DNA of 64,000 bases from Chthoniobacterales bacterium (GTDB lineage: Bacteria; Verrucomicrobiota; Verrucomicrobiia; Chthoniobacterales; UBA6821). Where the stretch lies: assembly GCA_019747735.1 (NCBI GenBank), contig JAIEQL010000007.1:10456-74455 (forward strand), given 5' to 3'. A program made the translations under genes and the position numbers. This document shows, in pieces, positions 43,207 through 53,796 of the stretch. The stretch's first letter is position 1. Every line of letters starts with the position of its first letter. The notes under the pieces are model-generated. The model searched no databases and was not told the origin of the DNA. It worked only from the letters and a program-made list of their open reading frames with translations.

Positions 43207-43665
43207 ATGACCTCTCCACTCTATTTTATCCCACTGATTTTCCTCCTTCTTGCTTGTGATCAGCTCACCAAGCTGCTTGTTTGTTACGCGATTCCTCTTT
43301 ATGGAACGCTAGCACTGATTCCCAAGTTTTTTTATCTCACGCACCTGTATAACACAGGAGCTGCTTTTGGAATGCTGCATGATAGCAACCGTTTTTTTAT
43401 CGGCGTTTCGTTGGGAGCGTTCTTATTTCTTTTTTGGCAACGCCGTCATTTTGCCTCTACTTCAATGCAAGTTGGCTGGATTTTGATCATGAGTGGCATC
43501 TTGGGAAATCTCTGTGATCGGCTTTGGCGGGGGCACGTGGTTGATTTCCTCGGTTTTGAAATACTCGGTTATTACTGGCCTCCTTTTAATATCGCAGACT
43601 CCTGTATTTGTATTGCAACAGGATTTTTCTTATTGAGTGCTTTCTCTTCCTCGCGAGGGAGGTGA
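43207..43665 (+). CDS. lspA: lipoprotein signal peptidase II
   Basis: NTGAAFG, GNLCDRLWRGHVVDF and FNIADSCI motifs. The ATG at 43207 is preferred over the GTG at 43177. A GC mini-hairpin lies upstream at 43142-43161. Confidence 0.88.
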   Translation: MTSPLYFIPLIFLLLACDQLTKLLVCYAIPLYGTLALIPKFFYLTHLYNTGAAFGMLHDSNRFFIGVSLGAFLFLFWQRRHFASTSMQVGWILIMSGILGNLCDRLWRGHVVDFLGFEILGYYWPPFNIADSCICIATGFFLLSAFSSSRGR

Positions 43666-43682
43666 AGTTGGAAGATTCCTAT

Positions 43683-43734
43683 AAAAAAGGGGTCAGTCCG
43701 GGTATCCCGGGATACCCGGACTGACCCCTTTTTT
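43683..43734. terminator. PE-B perfect 52-bp palindrome acting as a probable bidirectional intrinsic terminator between lspA and the GNAT gene
   Basis: aaaaaaggggtcagtccgggtatcccgggatacccggactgacccctttttt is its own reverse complement. A GC-rich stem flanked by A6 and T6. It overlaps the last 14 codons and the stop of the GNAT ORF. Confidence 0.8.
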
Positions 43735-44253
43735 GATGCCATAAATGACATGCTTTGAGAGAAGGTGATCTTCTGGAAGTTTAGGATGAGCAAAATCGCC
43801 TTCTGGTAAATAAGTCATTCCAATTTTTTCCATCACCCGTTGGGAACGCTTATTCAGAGCGGAAGTATAAGAGAAAATTTCTTGGAAGCCTAATGTTTGA
43901 AATCCGTAAGTGAGCACTGCTTGTGCTCCTTCGGGTGCATAACCTCTCCCCCAATATTGAGAGTCGAGGCGCCATCCAACTTCTATTCCTAAAATGGGAA
44001 AAGGAGGCAATACTTCCTGCAGCCCGATAAAACCAAGAAGAGCCTTTGTTGCTTTTTCCTCAACAGCCCATAAAGTATATCCTGTTTCCTGTAGCGTCTG
44101 ATTTTTATCAGTGATGAACTGCTCCACTTGTTCTCGTGAGAGGGGACCAGGTAAAAACTCTAAGACTTTTGGATCTTGGTTCATTTGATAATAGGCCTGG
44201 GCATCTTCTTTTTTCCAGCCTCGTAGCAAGAGTCGATCAGTTTCAATGTTCAT
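43693..44253 (-). CDS. GNAT-family N-acetyltransferase (RimJ/RimL-like); C-terminus and stop codon encoded by a repeat
   Basis: MNIETDRLLLRGWKKEDA..., QYWGRGYAPEG acetyl-CoA site. The tail KKGVSPGIPGYPD* is read from the palindrome. Confidence 0.8.
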   Translation of the reverse strand: MNIETDRLLLRGWKKEDAQAYYQMNQDPKVLEFLPGPLSREQVEQFITDKNQTLQETGYTLWAVEEKATKALLGFIGLQEVLPPFPILGIEVGWRLDSQYWGRGYAPEGAQAVLTYGFQTLGFQEIFSYTSALNKRSQRVMEKIGMTYLPEGDFAHPKLPEDHLLSKHVIYGIKKGVSPGIPGYPD

Positions 44254-44274
44254 AAGAAAAAATATTCACTCGGA

Positions 44275-46038
44275 TCAAGCAATCATCTGTTTGGATTGCA
44301 TCCTCCAGAGTTTTGCAAAATGTCCTTCCTTCTTAAGCAGCTCAGCAATAGTGCCATCCTCGACAATGTTACCTTCATGAAAAACTAGAATGCGGTCCAT
44401 CGCTGCAATGGTAGAGAGACGATGAGCGATAACAATCGTGGTGCGGTTGTTCATGAGGAGAGCGAGGCTTTCTTGAATTTTTTTCTCGGTGGAAGAATCA
44501 AGCGAGGAGGTCGCTTCATCTAGCATTAAAATGGGAGCGTTCTTTAAGAAGGCTCTTGCAATAGCGATGCGCTGACGTTGGCCGCCAGAGAGCTTGATAC
44601 CACGTTCTCCTACGAGCGATTCATATTGATTATGGAGTTGTTCAATGAACTCGTGGCAATGAGCTTGTTGTGAGGCTTCGATGACTTCTGCATCGGTTGC
44701 CTCCAGTCGACCGTAGCGAATGTTCTCCATGAAGGTACGATGAAACAGCGAAGAATCTTGAGGGATGACAGCGATGTTAGCGTGGAGTGATTCTTGGGTG
44801 ACTTGAGCAATCGATTCTCCATCGATGAGAATTTTTCCAGCATCGAGATCGTATAAGCGCAATAGAAGATTCATAAAAGTTGTTTTTCCTGCGCCTGATA
44901 AGCCGACAAGACCTACTTTTTCTCCAGCTCGAATAGTGACGTTGAGGTTGTTAAAAACAGGATGGTTTCCAGGGTAAGAAAAAATCACATTGTCAAAATT
45001 GATTTCTCCATGGGGCACTGAAAGAATTGAAGCTCCTGGAGTGTCCAAAATATCATGAGGCTTTTGAACTAAGGAGAGAGCGGAGTTTACTGTAGCAGCA
45101 TTCCTAATGAAAAATTTTATTTGGTCACTGACGAACCATACCCACCCTGAGAGATAGAATGACTGCATCATTATTTGTGCGAAATCTCCAAGACTAACCC
45201 AGTGATGTTGCCAACCATACATTAGCAAAAAAAGCATTCCTGTAATGAGAAAGGTGTGGTTGATACTAAATGCAACTTGGGTCCATTCTAAGTGGCTGTA
45301 AGCCTGCTTTGATGCATTGACTTCTTGTTCTTGAGCTTGATGAAAAAACGCTTTCTCTTCTTTTTCACGAGCAAAGAGTTTGACATTTTGGATATTGCTA
45401 AAGACATCTACGAGCTTTCCAGAAAGTCTTGTTACAGCGTTAGCATGCCTTTTTAAGAGTGGGTTTGCTTTCTTAAGAAAGAGAAAAGTGATTGCAAAAT
45501 GTAGAAAAAGCCAGATGAGCAACAGAAGTGCAAAGAGTGGGCGACTCATCCACATGCTGATGAATATCGTCAGAGCCATGACAAAAGCTGTGGTAAATTC
45601 GACACACAGCATACTGACCATCATTTCACAATTGGTCGGAATATCTGACATTTTGCTAGCAACAGTCCCTGAAAAGTGAGTCGCAAAGTAAGAGGTGGAG
45701 TGAGTCTGTACATATTGGAAAAGAGCTTCACGAATAGATGCTCGAAAATCTGCACAAAAATGCACTCGAAAGACAAATCCTTGGAGAACGTGAAAGAAAT
45801 GGACAACAATCCATAAGCCAATAATCATGCCTGCTATTTTGATGCTAGTAGTATGAATTTGAGAAACAGTTGCCGACTGAGATGAGAGAACATTAATCAG
45901 GCTCTTTAAAAAGTAGGGAAAAAGAGCGCTATAGATTCCCCACGATGCAGCAGCAATGATAGCAATAAGAACTTTAATCCACTGCTGGCCAACAAAATAA
46001 AAAATAAAAGGGAATACTTTTTTGGGAAGGTGATGCAT
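44275..46038 (-). CDS. ABC exporter, fused permease/ATPase (MsbA-like)
   Basis: Six-TM N-domain, Walker A GLSGAGKTT, signature LSGGQRQR and Walker B ILMLDEATS. Confidence 0.88.
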   Translation of the reverse strand: MHHLPKKVFPFIFYFVGQQWIKVLIAIIAAASWGIYSALFPYFLKSLINVLSSQSATVSQIHTTSIKIAGMIIGLWIVVHFFHVLQGFVFRVHFCADFRASIREALFQYVQTHSTSYFATHFSGTVASKMSDIPTNCEMMVSMLCVEFTTAFVMALTIFISMWMSRPLFALLLLIWLFLHFAITFLFLKKANPLLKRHANAVTRLSGKLVDVFSNIQNVKLFAREKEEKAFFHQAQEQEVNASKQAYSHLEWTQVAFSINHTFLITGMLFLLMYGWQHHWVSLGDFAQIMMQSFYLSGWVWFVSDQIKFFIRNAATVNSALSLVQKPHDILDTPGASILSVPHGEINFDNVIFSYPGNHPVFNNLNVTIRAGEKVGLVGLSGAGKTTFMNLLLRLYDLDAGKILIDGESIAQVTQESLHANIAVIPQDSSLFHRTFMENIRYGRLEATDAEVIEASQQAHCHEFIEQLHNQYESLVGERGIKLSGGQRQRIAIARAFLKNAPILMLDEATSSLDSSTEKKIQESLALLMNNRTTIVIAHRLSTIAAMDRILVFHEGNIVEDGTIAELLKKEGHFAKLWRMQSKQMIA

Positions 46039-46478
46039 AAAAAACTCCGTGAAATGGTCAAGTGAAAACGAGAGGTGCCAAAAAATGATTGGCAGGAAGA
46101 AATAAGCCGTAATCGGGCTTGCAAAGAGGGCTGCTTAAAAAAGGAAGCAGGTGAGAAAAGCTAGAAAAAACTAGAACTTCATTTCAACGGAATAAAAAGA
46201 GCTTGACTAAGTAGCAGGGAATTTTTAGTGGAGTCAAGTTTTTTTGAAAAAAAGAACGTGTCATCAATTGAAAAGCAATAAAACTCTATAGCTTCATTAA
46301 AAATAGTGTGTGTATTTCAGAGCTAACAATCACTATATCCCAGGCGTCATTCCCCCGGAGGAGGGAAGCCAGGAGACTATCAATGCTAATTTAGGCAGTA
46401 GCGTCAAAAAATCTTAAAAATATTTTTATGAAAAACTAACATTCGTAACGACACGAAAGAGGTCGGTCCCGCAGTTTG

Positions 46479-47615
46479 CTAATTTTCCTCTAGAGCCACT
46501 TGCAATGGCTTGGCCACTATCTTCTCTCCTAACAAGAAGGTTTCCTTTCCAGGATAAATAACATCGAGGCGATCCAGACGTAGCGTTTCCATTGCCATGA
46601 TCATTGATTTTGTCACCCTAGGAGTTTCCGTATGTTTAATCTCAAAACCATAACGTTTGCCATCGTTGATGACAAAAAGATCGAGCTCTGCGCCCGCGTG
46701 TGTGGACCAAAAATAAGCATTGCGATCTCCCACTATGCTAAGCAGTTGTTCGATACAAAAACCTTCCCAAGAAGCGCCGCATTTTGGATGGCCATTCAAG
46801 ATGTTTGACGTGCCAATATCAAGCAATGCATGGAGCAGTCCACTATCACGAATATAGACTTTGGGTTGACGCACGATTCTTTTTCCTACGTTCTCAAACC
46901 ATGGAGGAAGAATACGCACCATGAAAAGACCACTCAGAATGTCGAGATGACGTCGTGTTGTTTTGTACGATTCTCCTAGGGAACGTCCAAATTCAGAAGC
47001 ATTCCAAATGCCACCATGATTATGAGCAAGCATCTGCCAAAGGCGCCGAAGAGATGCTGGTGAAGTTTCTAAACCAAAGGCACGAACATCGCGTTCTAAA
47101 AATGTTCTTATAAATCCAAGGCGCCAAGCGAGGCTGTCAGCATCTTTTTTTGCTAACCAGGAAAGCGGAAATCCACCACGAAGCCAAAGTTTTGACTGAT
47201 GCTTCACTCCAACTTCTTCAAGTTGAAATCCACTAACATCAATAAACTCGATGCGACCGGCAAGACTTTCAGAAGCATTGCGAATTAGTTCGGGGGAAGC
47301 ACTTCCTAAAATTAAAAAGCGAGCAGGGTTCTTGGTGCGATCAGCCAAAACCCTTAAGATTGGTAAAAGATCTGGACGTAGCTGAATTTCATCCAGGACA
47401 ATTAATCCTTGAAAGGCTTCTAGTGTCTGCTTGGGAAGCGAGAGGCGCGCTTGATCAGTGAGGTCTTCAAGATCAAAAATAACTCCTCCTTTTTTGGCGG
47501 CAATCTCACGAGCTAAGGTTGTCTTACCAACTTGCCGAGGCCCTAGCAAAGCTACAATACGACTTCGTTTCAGCGATTTTTGAACAAGCTCTAAAAGCTG
47601 TGGTCGGAGAATCAT
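46479..47615 (-). CDS. AAA+ ATPase with a DUF4143-type C-terminal domain
   Basis: Walker A GPRQVGKTT and Walker B LIVLDEIQ. The C-terminal region ...GASWEGFCIEQLL...AELDLFV...FEIK is a restriction-endonuclease-like pattern typical of AAA_14/DUF4143 proteins. Confidence 0.75.
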   Translation of the reverse strand: MILRPQLLELVQKSLKRSRIVALLGPRQVGKTTLAREIAAKKGGVIFDLEDLTDQARLSLPKQTLEAFQGLIVLDEIQLRPDLLPILRVLADRTKNPARFLILGSASPELIRNASESLAGRIEFIDVSGFQLEEVGVKHQSKLWLRGGFPLSWLAKKDADSLAWRLGFIRTFLERDVRAFGLETSPASLRRLWQMLAHNHGGIWNASEFGRSLGESYKTTRRHLDILSGLFMVRILPPWFENVGKRIVRQPKVYIRDSGLLHALLDIGTSNILNGHPKCGASWEGFCIEQLLSIVGDRNAYFWSTHAGAELDLFVINDGKRYGFEIKHTETPRVTKSMIMAMETLRLDRLDVIYPGKETFLLGEKIVAKPLQVALEEN

Positions 47616-47652
47616 CCTTGAAATATAGACTTTAGGTGTCTATATTTCAAGG
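47616..47652 (-). promoter_or_regulatory. perfect 15-bp inverted repeat abutting the ATPase start codon, containing a TTGAAA-17-TATATT promoter-like arrangement
   Basis: ccttgaaatatagac-tttaggt-gtctatatttcaagg. On the minus strand the -35 is at 47650-47645, the -10 at 47627-47622 and the ATG at 47615. Confidence 0.55.
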
Positions 47653-47674
47653 AAAAAAACAAGGGGCGTAGAGG

Positions 47675-50600
47675 TTATTTTTTAACCCTAGATTTCTTAG
47701 CAGCGGCCTTAGTGGGCTTGCTCTTTTTTGTTGTTTCTGAATCTTTTGTTTTTGAATGATACAGGATCTCTTTTAAGAAAGGAGCGGTGCGGCTCTCTTT
47801 GTTTTCAGCGACTTCTTCTGGCGTTCCTGTGGCCACAATTTTGCCACCTTCATGACCGGCTTCAGGACCAACATCGATGACATAATCAGCCTCTGCGATT
47901 AGGTCTAGGTGATGCTCGACGACAATAACCGTGTTGCCTTCATCGACGAGGCGGTGCAAGACATCAAGCAGAAGCGCGACATCAGCTGCATGGAGACCGA
48001 TGGTAGGTTCTTCAAGTATGTAGAGGGTGTTTTTCTTTGTTTTGACTGTTTCTGCATTTCCACCACGAGAAAGCTGGGATACCAATTTAATTCGCTGAGC
48101 CTCACCACCACTCAAGGTTGGGCTTGGTTGTCCTAGTTGAAGATAACCCAGGCCTGTTTCTACTAGGAGCTGTAATGGACGGCGAATTTTCGGATGAGCA
48201 GTAAAAAATTCTGCTGCTTGTTCTACTGTCATTTTGAGGACATCGCTAATTGATTTTCCGTCGTACCTAACTTCTAGCGTCTGTCTATTAAAGCGTGTTC
48301 CATAGCAGTCTTCACAGGGCATATAGGAAGTAGGGAGAAAACTCATTTCAAGTTTGATGAGACCTTGTCCCTCACAGGTCTGGCAGCGTCCGCCATGATT
48401 GTTAAAGGAAAATCGGCTTGCTGTGTAACCTCTCAAACGAGCTAGTGGAAGCTCTGCATAAAGATTACGAATGATGTCAAAAATTTTTAAATAAGTAGCT
48501 GGTGTGGAGCGAGAGGTTTTGCCAATAGGGGATTGATCGACCTCAATCACTTGAGCTAGTGAGGAAGTACCACTTAAAGAGGTCCAGCATTCAGCTCCTG
48601 TTTTTTTGCGCTTAAGAGCAAGCGCCGCTTCTACTGCAGGTAAAAGAATGCCTCTCAGGAGAGTGCTTTTGCCTGAGCCACTAATTCCTGAAATAGCAGT
48701 AAGGCGTTGTAATGGAAAAGCGATGTCTATGTTATGTAAGTTATGCTTAGTTGCTCCTTTGAGCTCTAACCACTCAGGGACTTCTTTTAAAGGACGTCGC
48801 GAGCCTTTCAAGGGATGAGCAGGGGGATGAAGTAAAAATTTCCCAGTTAAAGAAACAGGGCTCTTCATGATGTCTTTAATACTCCCTTGAGCCACGATCT
48901 CTCCCCCTTTGGAGCCAGCGCGTGGCCCTAGATCGATGATAGAATGAGCACGGCGCATTGTTTCTTCGTCATGTTCTACAATGACAAGAGAGTTGCCATG
49001 AGCTGCCAATTCTTCGAGGGCATCCAAAAGACGATTGTTATCACGGGGATGAAGGCCAATCGTTGGTTCGTCTAAGACATAGAGTACCCCTCTAAGGTTT
49101 GATCCTAATTGAGCAGCAAGACGGATACGCTGTGATTCTCCACCACTTAATGTTTTCACCGAACGATCGAGCTGGAGGTAATCAAGGCCAACCCGTGAAA
49201 GGAATGAGAGTCGCTGTGAGACTTCAGGAATAATATCCCGGGCGATGAGTTGATCACGGCCTGTAAAGTCCCATGTTTTGATGATAGAGAAAACATCAGC
49301 AGCTGAGTGAGCCGTGAGTTCAGGAAGTGATAAATTGTTGATCTGTACGGTGGAGGCTGTGGGATTAAGGCGTTTTCCGTGGCAAGCAGGACAAAGACGT
49401 GTTTCTCCTTCTTCACGATGATCGAATGATTTTTCCTCAACAAGCTCGGCTTCAAGTTGTGAATCAAATTCACGAGAAGTTTTTTCTATCCATGTCTCTC
49501 CGAAGCCACGACACTGTTCGCACCAGCCATGTGGTGAGTTAAAAGAGAAAAATCGTGGATCTAATTCCTCAAAGGAACGAGAGCATTGCGGACAATTCAT
49601 TTCCATGCTCAAAAGCTGTGTCACAAATTTTTCTTTCGCTTTTTTATTAGGATTTTCCTGACGAAGTTTAGCCGCTCCTTTTCCAACCTCAAGAGAGCGT
49701 TGTACTGTTTTTAAAATTCCTTTGATTTCTCCTTGAGCGAGAGTTTCTACCAGCACATCGATCGTATGTTCCTGAAAGCGTTTGAGTGGTTTGAAGTCTT
49801 CAGCAGCCACAATCACTCCATCGACAAGTAAGGTCGTGAAGCCTTGAGCAATAGCCCATCTGGCAACTTCTGTGTGTAATCCTTTTCGTCCACGTACCAG
49901 TGGTGCAAAAATCTCGACAGGTCCTTGGACAACGAGTTGTTCTACTCGATCTGCAATAGCGGTTAGGGAATTTTTTTCAACAGGGACATGACAGTCAGGA
50001 CAATATTGGGTTCCTAATTTTGCATAGAGTAAGCGGAGGAACTGATGAATTTCTGTCACCGTTGCTACGGTGGATTTGCCACCGCCACGGGTAATGCGTT
50101 GCTCAATAGCAACACTGGGAGGAAGGCCGTCGATCTGATCGACGTCAGGTTTTTCCAGTTGTTGTACAAACTGACGAGCATAGGGAGACATGCTGTCTAA
50201 AAAACGGCGCTGCCCTTCTGCAAAAAGAATATCAAAAGCAAGCGTCGATTTTCCAGAGCCACTCAAACCTGTGATAACAACGATCTCATTGCGAGGAATT
50301 GAGAGGTTGATATTTTTTAAATTATGTTCACGAGCCCCATGAATAGTGATGGCTTTATCGCTGCTCTTTCTCACTGAGGGAGTTTGTGTGATGCTCAGTG
50401 GGGAGCGACCTGCGAGCACTTCACGGAGATAGCGTCCTGTGTGAGAGGTAGGATGTTTGGCTACCTGTTGTGGCGTCCCAGCCACGACAAGCTTGCCACC
50501 TGCCTCCCCAGGCTCTGGACCAATATCAATGATCCAGTCTGCTGATTTAATCACATCGAGGTGATGCTCAATAACAATGAGGCTATTTCCTTCTTGGACG

Positions 50601-53302
50601 AGGCGGTGAAAGACTTTGAGAAGAACAGCAATGTCATCAATGTGAAGACCTGTGGTTGGTTCATCAAAAATTAAAAGAGCTTCTCCTGGTTCTTGGGCAG
50701 AAAGCCGTGCTGCTAATTTTAAGCGTTGTGATTCGCCTCCGCTCAGCAAATTAATTGGTTGACCTAATTTTAGATAATCAAGTCCAACCTCTGTGAGTAG
50801 TTGTAAAGGAGCGAGGATCGACTTTGCTTTGCTTTCATCTTTAAAAAAGTCAATCGCTTCCTGCGCTGTCATTTCTAGAACGTCGTGGATCGATTTTTCA
50901 CGATAGAGGATATTTAAAACACGTTGCTGATAGCGGCGCCCATCGCATTCAGGACAGCGCAGAAAAAGATCACTCAAGAACTGCATCTCAATTTTTTCAA
51001 ATCCAAGACCAGCACAACGATCGCAGCGACCAAGGCCTGAGTTAAAAGAAAAAGCTGATGGGGTTAATCCTGTCTCAATAGCCTCTTTGGTCATTCCAAA
51101 AATATCTCGGATGGTATCAAACACTCCCATATAGACCGCCGGAGTTGAACGAGGCGTTTTTGCTAGAGAAGATTGATCGACCATCACAATGTCGCTCAAG
51201 TATTCTCCTCCTTTAATCGAACGGCAGAAACCCATGGCATCATCTTCTTCAAGGGTGGCAGAAGTTAAGTGACGATAGAGGACATCACGAATCAGCGAGC
51301 TTTTTCCAGAGCCAGAAACACCGGTGACACAACAGAAAACGCCTAGTGGAATTTTGACATTGAGATTACGCATGTTGTGATGGGTAATCCCTTCCATCGT
51401 AATCCACTCCTTGGGTTTGGTCGCTTTTTTTGGAGTAGGAATCGATTTTTCTCCGCGTAGGTAAGAAGAGGTCAGAGACTTTTTACAAGAAGCAAGATGG
51501 CCTAAAGATCCTGAATACATCAAGGATCCACCACTGTTGCCACGACCAGGGCCTAGATCAACAATGTGATCTGCTGCGCGCATGATGGCTTCTTCATGCT
51601 CTACTACAAGTAACGTGTTTCCCTTATCACGTAGAGAGTGCATGACATCGAGTAAGCGAGCAACATCTCGAGGATGAAGGCCTACGCTTGGCTCATCCAT
51701 GACAAAGAGAGTGTTGACCAGAGAAGCGCCCAGGCAGGTGGTCAAATTAACACGGGCAATTTCTCCGCCAGAGAGAGAGCGTGTTGGACGGTCGAGAGAA
51801 AGGTATCCTAGCCCAACGGTATCAAGATACCCTAAGCGTGAAATAATTTGATCGCATAGCATCTGCATGCCGGAATCATCAGGGGAGACGGGTAATGTTT
51901 TTAATAACGGGATAAGAGTACTGGCCGGGAGTGCTGTGATTTCTGGTAGAGTGAGTGGCTTAGAAGGAAGGGGAAGATAATAATTGAGCGTATCAGGCTG
52001 AAAGCGCCCTCCATGGCAGCTTTCGCAAGGCTTGTAAGAGCGGTAGCGGCTTAGAAAGACGCGGATAGGCATCTTGTAAGTTTGGCGCTCAAGACCCCTA
52101 AAGAAGCCTTCTATGCCACACCAAGGAGCATCACTTTTTATAGGATGGGTAATGGGTGCATTGGCTTCTCCTTTAATAATAAATTCTTGTTGTTTGGGAG
52201 AAAGATTTTCAAAGGGGTGGTGCACATCAATTCCTTGAAGAACACAAACTCTTAAAAGATGTTGTTGGTATTCTCGTGCTTGACCGCTTTGAAATGGCTT
52301 AATAGCTCCATCAATAATACTCAAAGAACGATTGGGAATGACTCTATTATAGTCAAACCCGATGACACGACCAAAACCGCGACAGACAGGACAAGCGCCC
52401 AAAGGATTATTAAAGCTAAAAAGACCTGGAGTTGGTGGTCTAATATTAATATCGCAATGAGCACAATGCCATCCAGAAGAGAAAGGGTGAACCGCTCCCG
52501 TTGTTGCCGAAATAAAAGAAATACGATCTTTGCCAAGACGAAGAGCCGTCTCGATGGATTCAATAAGACGACTCAAAGAGTGAGGATCAATTTGAAGGCG
52601 ATCTTGGATCACGAAAACTGTTGGAGGAAGATTCTGAAAGGTAGGTGGCTCATCAGTGCGGTGAATCTTTCCATCAATCCAAATGCGAAGATAGCCTTGT
52701 TCTCGTAAAAAATTGAAAAAGTCGCTGGGAGTTCTTTCCTTGGGAGGTCCCTTTTCTTGAGGAGTTGATGATGCTGTGTTTTCTTCAAAGGTAAAAACCT
52801 CCTCCTCTTCTTCTTCCAGCATTCCTGTTGTGACTGGAAAGACAATAAGGAACTGCTCCTTAGGAAAAATCTTTGAGATTTTTTTTGCAATAGACTCAGC
52901 TGATTCTGTTTGAATGGGATGATGGCATTGGGGGCAGAACGCCTTAGATCCTTTAGCCATCAAGAGCTTAAGGTAATCATTAATCTCCGTAATGGTGCCA
53001 ACAGTAGAACGAGTTGTTTTGACGCTATTGTTTTGTTCAATAGCAATAGCAGGAGGAATTCCCTCAATAGAGGTCACTCGTGGCTTATCCATCCGCTCGA
53101 GAAATTGTCGAGTGTAAGGACTAAAGGTTTCTACATAGCGGCGCTGCCCTTCAGCATAGATAGTATCAAAGGCAAGACTGGACTTGCCACTGCCGCTTGG
53201 GCCAGTAACAACAATGAGCGATTGTGTTGGCAGATCAAGATCGAAGCCTTGAAGATTGTTTTGCCGAACACCACGAAGGCGTATCCAAGTAGAGCTAGTC
53301 AC
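47675..53302 (-). CDS. uvrA: tandem-duplicated UvrA (two complete UvrA modules in one 1875-aa polypeptide)
   Basis: Module 1 starts [50 protein letters not shown]. Module 2 restarts at about residue 975 with [50 protein letters not shown]. There are four Walker A sites, four LSGGE signatures and several CxxC zinc modules. GTG start. Confidence 0.9.
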   Translation of the reverse strand: MTSSTWIRLRGVRQNNLQGFDLDLPTQSLIVVTGPSGSGKSSLAFDTIYAEGQRRYVETFSPYTRQFLERMDKPRVTSIEGIPPAIAIEQNNSVKTTRSTVGTITEINDYLKLLMAKGSKAFCPQCHHPIQTESAESIAKKISKIFPKEQFLIVFPVTTGMLEEEEEEVFTFEENTASSTPQEKGPPKERTPSDFFNFLREQGYLRIWIDGKIHRTDEPPTFQNLPPTVFVIQDRLQIDPHSLSRLIESIETALRLGKDRISFISATTGAVHPFSSGWHCAHCDINIRPPTPGLFSFNNPLGACPVCRGFGRVIGFDYNRVIPNRSLSIIDGAIKPFQSGQAREYQQHLLRVCVLQGIDVHHPFENLSPKQQEFIIKGEANAPITHPIKSDAPWCGIEGFFRGLERQTYKMPIRVFLSRYRSYKPCESCHGGRFQPDTLNYYLPLPSKPLTLPEITALPASTLIPLLKTLPVSPDDSGMQMLCDQIISRLGYLDTVGLGYLSLDRPTRSLSGGEIARVNLTTCLGASLVNTLFVMDEPSVGLHPRDVARLLDVMHSLRDKGNTLLVVEHEEAIMRAADHIVDLGPGRGNSGGSLMYSGSLGHLASCKKSLTSSYLRGEKSIPTPKKATKPKEWITMEGITHHNMRNLNVKIPLGVFCCVTGVSGSGKSSLIRDVLYRHLTSATLEEDDAMGFCRSIKGGEYLSDIVMVDQSSLAKTPRSTPAVYMGVFDTIRDIFGMTKEAIETGLTPSAFSFNSGLGRCDRCAGLGFEKIEMQFLSDLFLRCPECDGRRYQQRVLNILYREKSIHDVLEMTAQEAIDFFKDESKAKSILAPLQLLTEVGLDYLKLGQPINLLSGGESQRLKLAARLSAQEPGEALLIFDEPTTGLHIDDIAVLLKVFHRLVQEGNSLIVIEHHLDVIKSADWIIDIGPEPGEAGGKLVVAGTPQQVAKHPTSHTGRYLREVLAGRSPLSITQTPSVRKSSDKAITIHGAREHNLKNINLSIPRNEIVVITGLSGSGKSTLAFDILFAEGQRRFLDSMSPYARQFVQQLEKPDVDQIDGLPPSVAIEQRITRGGGKSTVATVTEIHQFLRLLYAKLGTQYCPDCHVPVEKNSLTAIADRVEQLVVQGPVEIFAPLVRGRKGLHTEVARWAIAQGFTTLLVDGVIVAAEDFKPLKRFQEHTIDVLVETLAQGEIKGILKTVQRSLEVGKGAAKLRQENPNKKAKEKFVTQLLSMEMNCPQCSRSFEELDPRFFSFNSPHGWCEQCRGFGETWIEKTSREFDSQLEAELVEEKSFDHREEGETRLCPACHGKRLNPTASTVQINNLSLPELTAHSAADVFSIIKTWDFTGRDQLIARDIIPEVSQRLSFLSRVGLDYLQLDRSVKTLSGGESQRIRLAAQLGSNLRGVLYVLDEPTIGLHPRDNNRLLDALEELAAHGNSLVIVEHDEETMRRAHSIIDLGPRAGSKGGEIVAQGSIKDIMKSPVSLTGKFLLHPPAHPLKGSRRPLKEVPEWLELKGATKHNLHNIDIAFPLQRLTAISGISGSGKSTLLRGILLPAVEAALALKRKKTGAECWTSLSGTSSLAQVIEVDQSPIGKTSRSTPATYLKIFDIIRNLYAELPLARLRGYTASRFSFNNHGGRCQTCEGQGLIKLEMSFLPTSYMPCEDCYGTRFNRQTLEVRYDGKSISDVLKMTVEQAAEFFTAHPKIRRPLQLLVETGLGYLQLGQPSPTLSGGEAQRIKLVSQLSRGGNAETVKTKKNTLYILEEPTIGLHAADVALLLDVLHRLVDEGNTVIVVEHHLDLIAEADYVIDVGPEAGHEGGKIVATGTPEEVAENKESRTAPFLKEILYHSKTKDSETTKKSKPTKAAAKKSRVKK

Positions 53303-53352
53303 TCTTTAGAAAAGAATCGTGGAAAAAGAAATGTCGCTAAAATAAGTTTTTC

Positions 53353-53673
53353 TTAAGAGTTGGAAGAATTTTTCAATGCTTCTGTTCTTAGAAGAACACG
53401 CTGACGCATGACTTTTCCTGCTTTGAATTTTACAGTGGCTCGCGCAGGAATAGTTACATCAACCTCAGGACGATTAGGATTGCGTCCTACACGAGGGCGA
53501 GTTAAGCGCACTTCAAAAACACCAAAATTTCTCAGTTCAACATTTTGACCTTCTACAAGAGCTTTTGTAATGTGATCAAGAGTTTTTTGAATTACCGAAA
53601 AAACATCAGCCTGGATAAGCCCTGTTTCATTGCTAATAGCTACCACAAGATCACGTTTAGTAAGGTTTGGCAT
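53353..53673 (-). CDS. HU/IHF-family DNA-binding protein
   Basis: MPNLTKRDLVVAISNETGL... and the RNFGVFEVRLTRPRVGRNPNRPEVDVTIPARATVKFKAG arm motif. Confidence 0.88.
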   Translation of the reverse strand: MPNLTKRDLVVAISNETGLIQADVFSVIQKTLDHITKALVEGQNVELRNFGVFEVRLTRPRVGRNPNRPEVDVTIPARATVKFKAGKVMRQRVLLRTEALKNSSNS

Positions 53674-53796
53674 AAATGTTGAAAATTATAAAAATTGGCT
53701 CCTATATCACAGGACCACAGTACCCAAATGGGAGGCGCGGCATGTTACAACAAAAGTCTAATGCTAGCAACAGTAATCTAGAAATAAATTTTAGCT

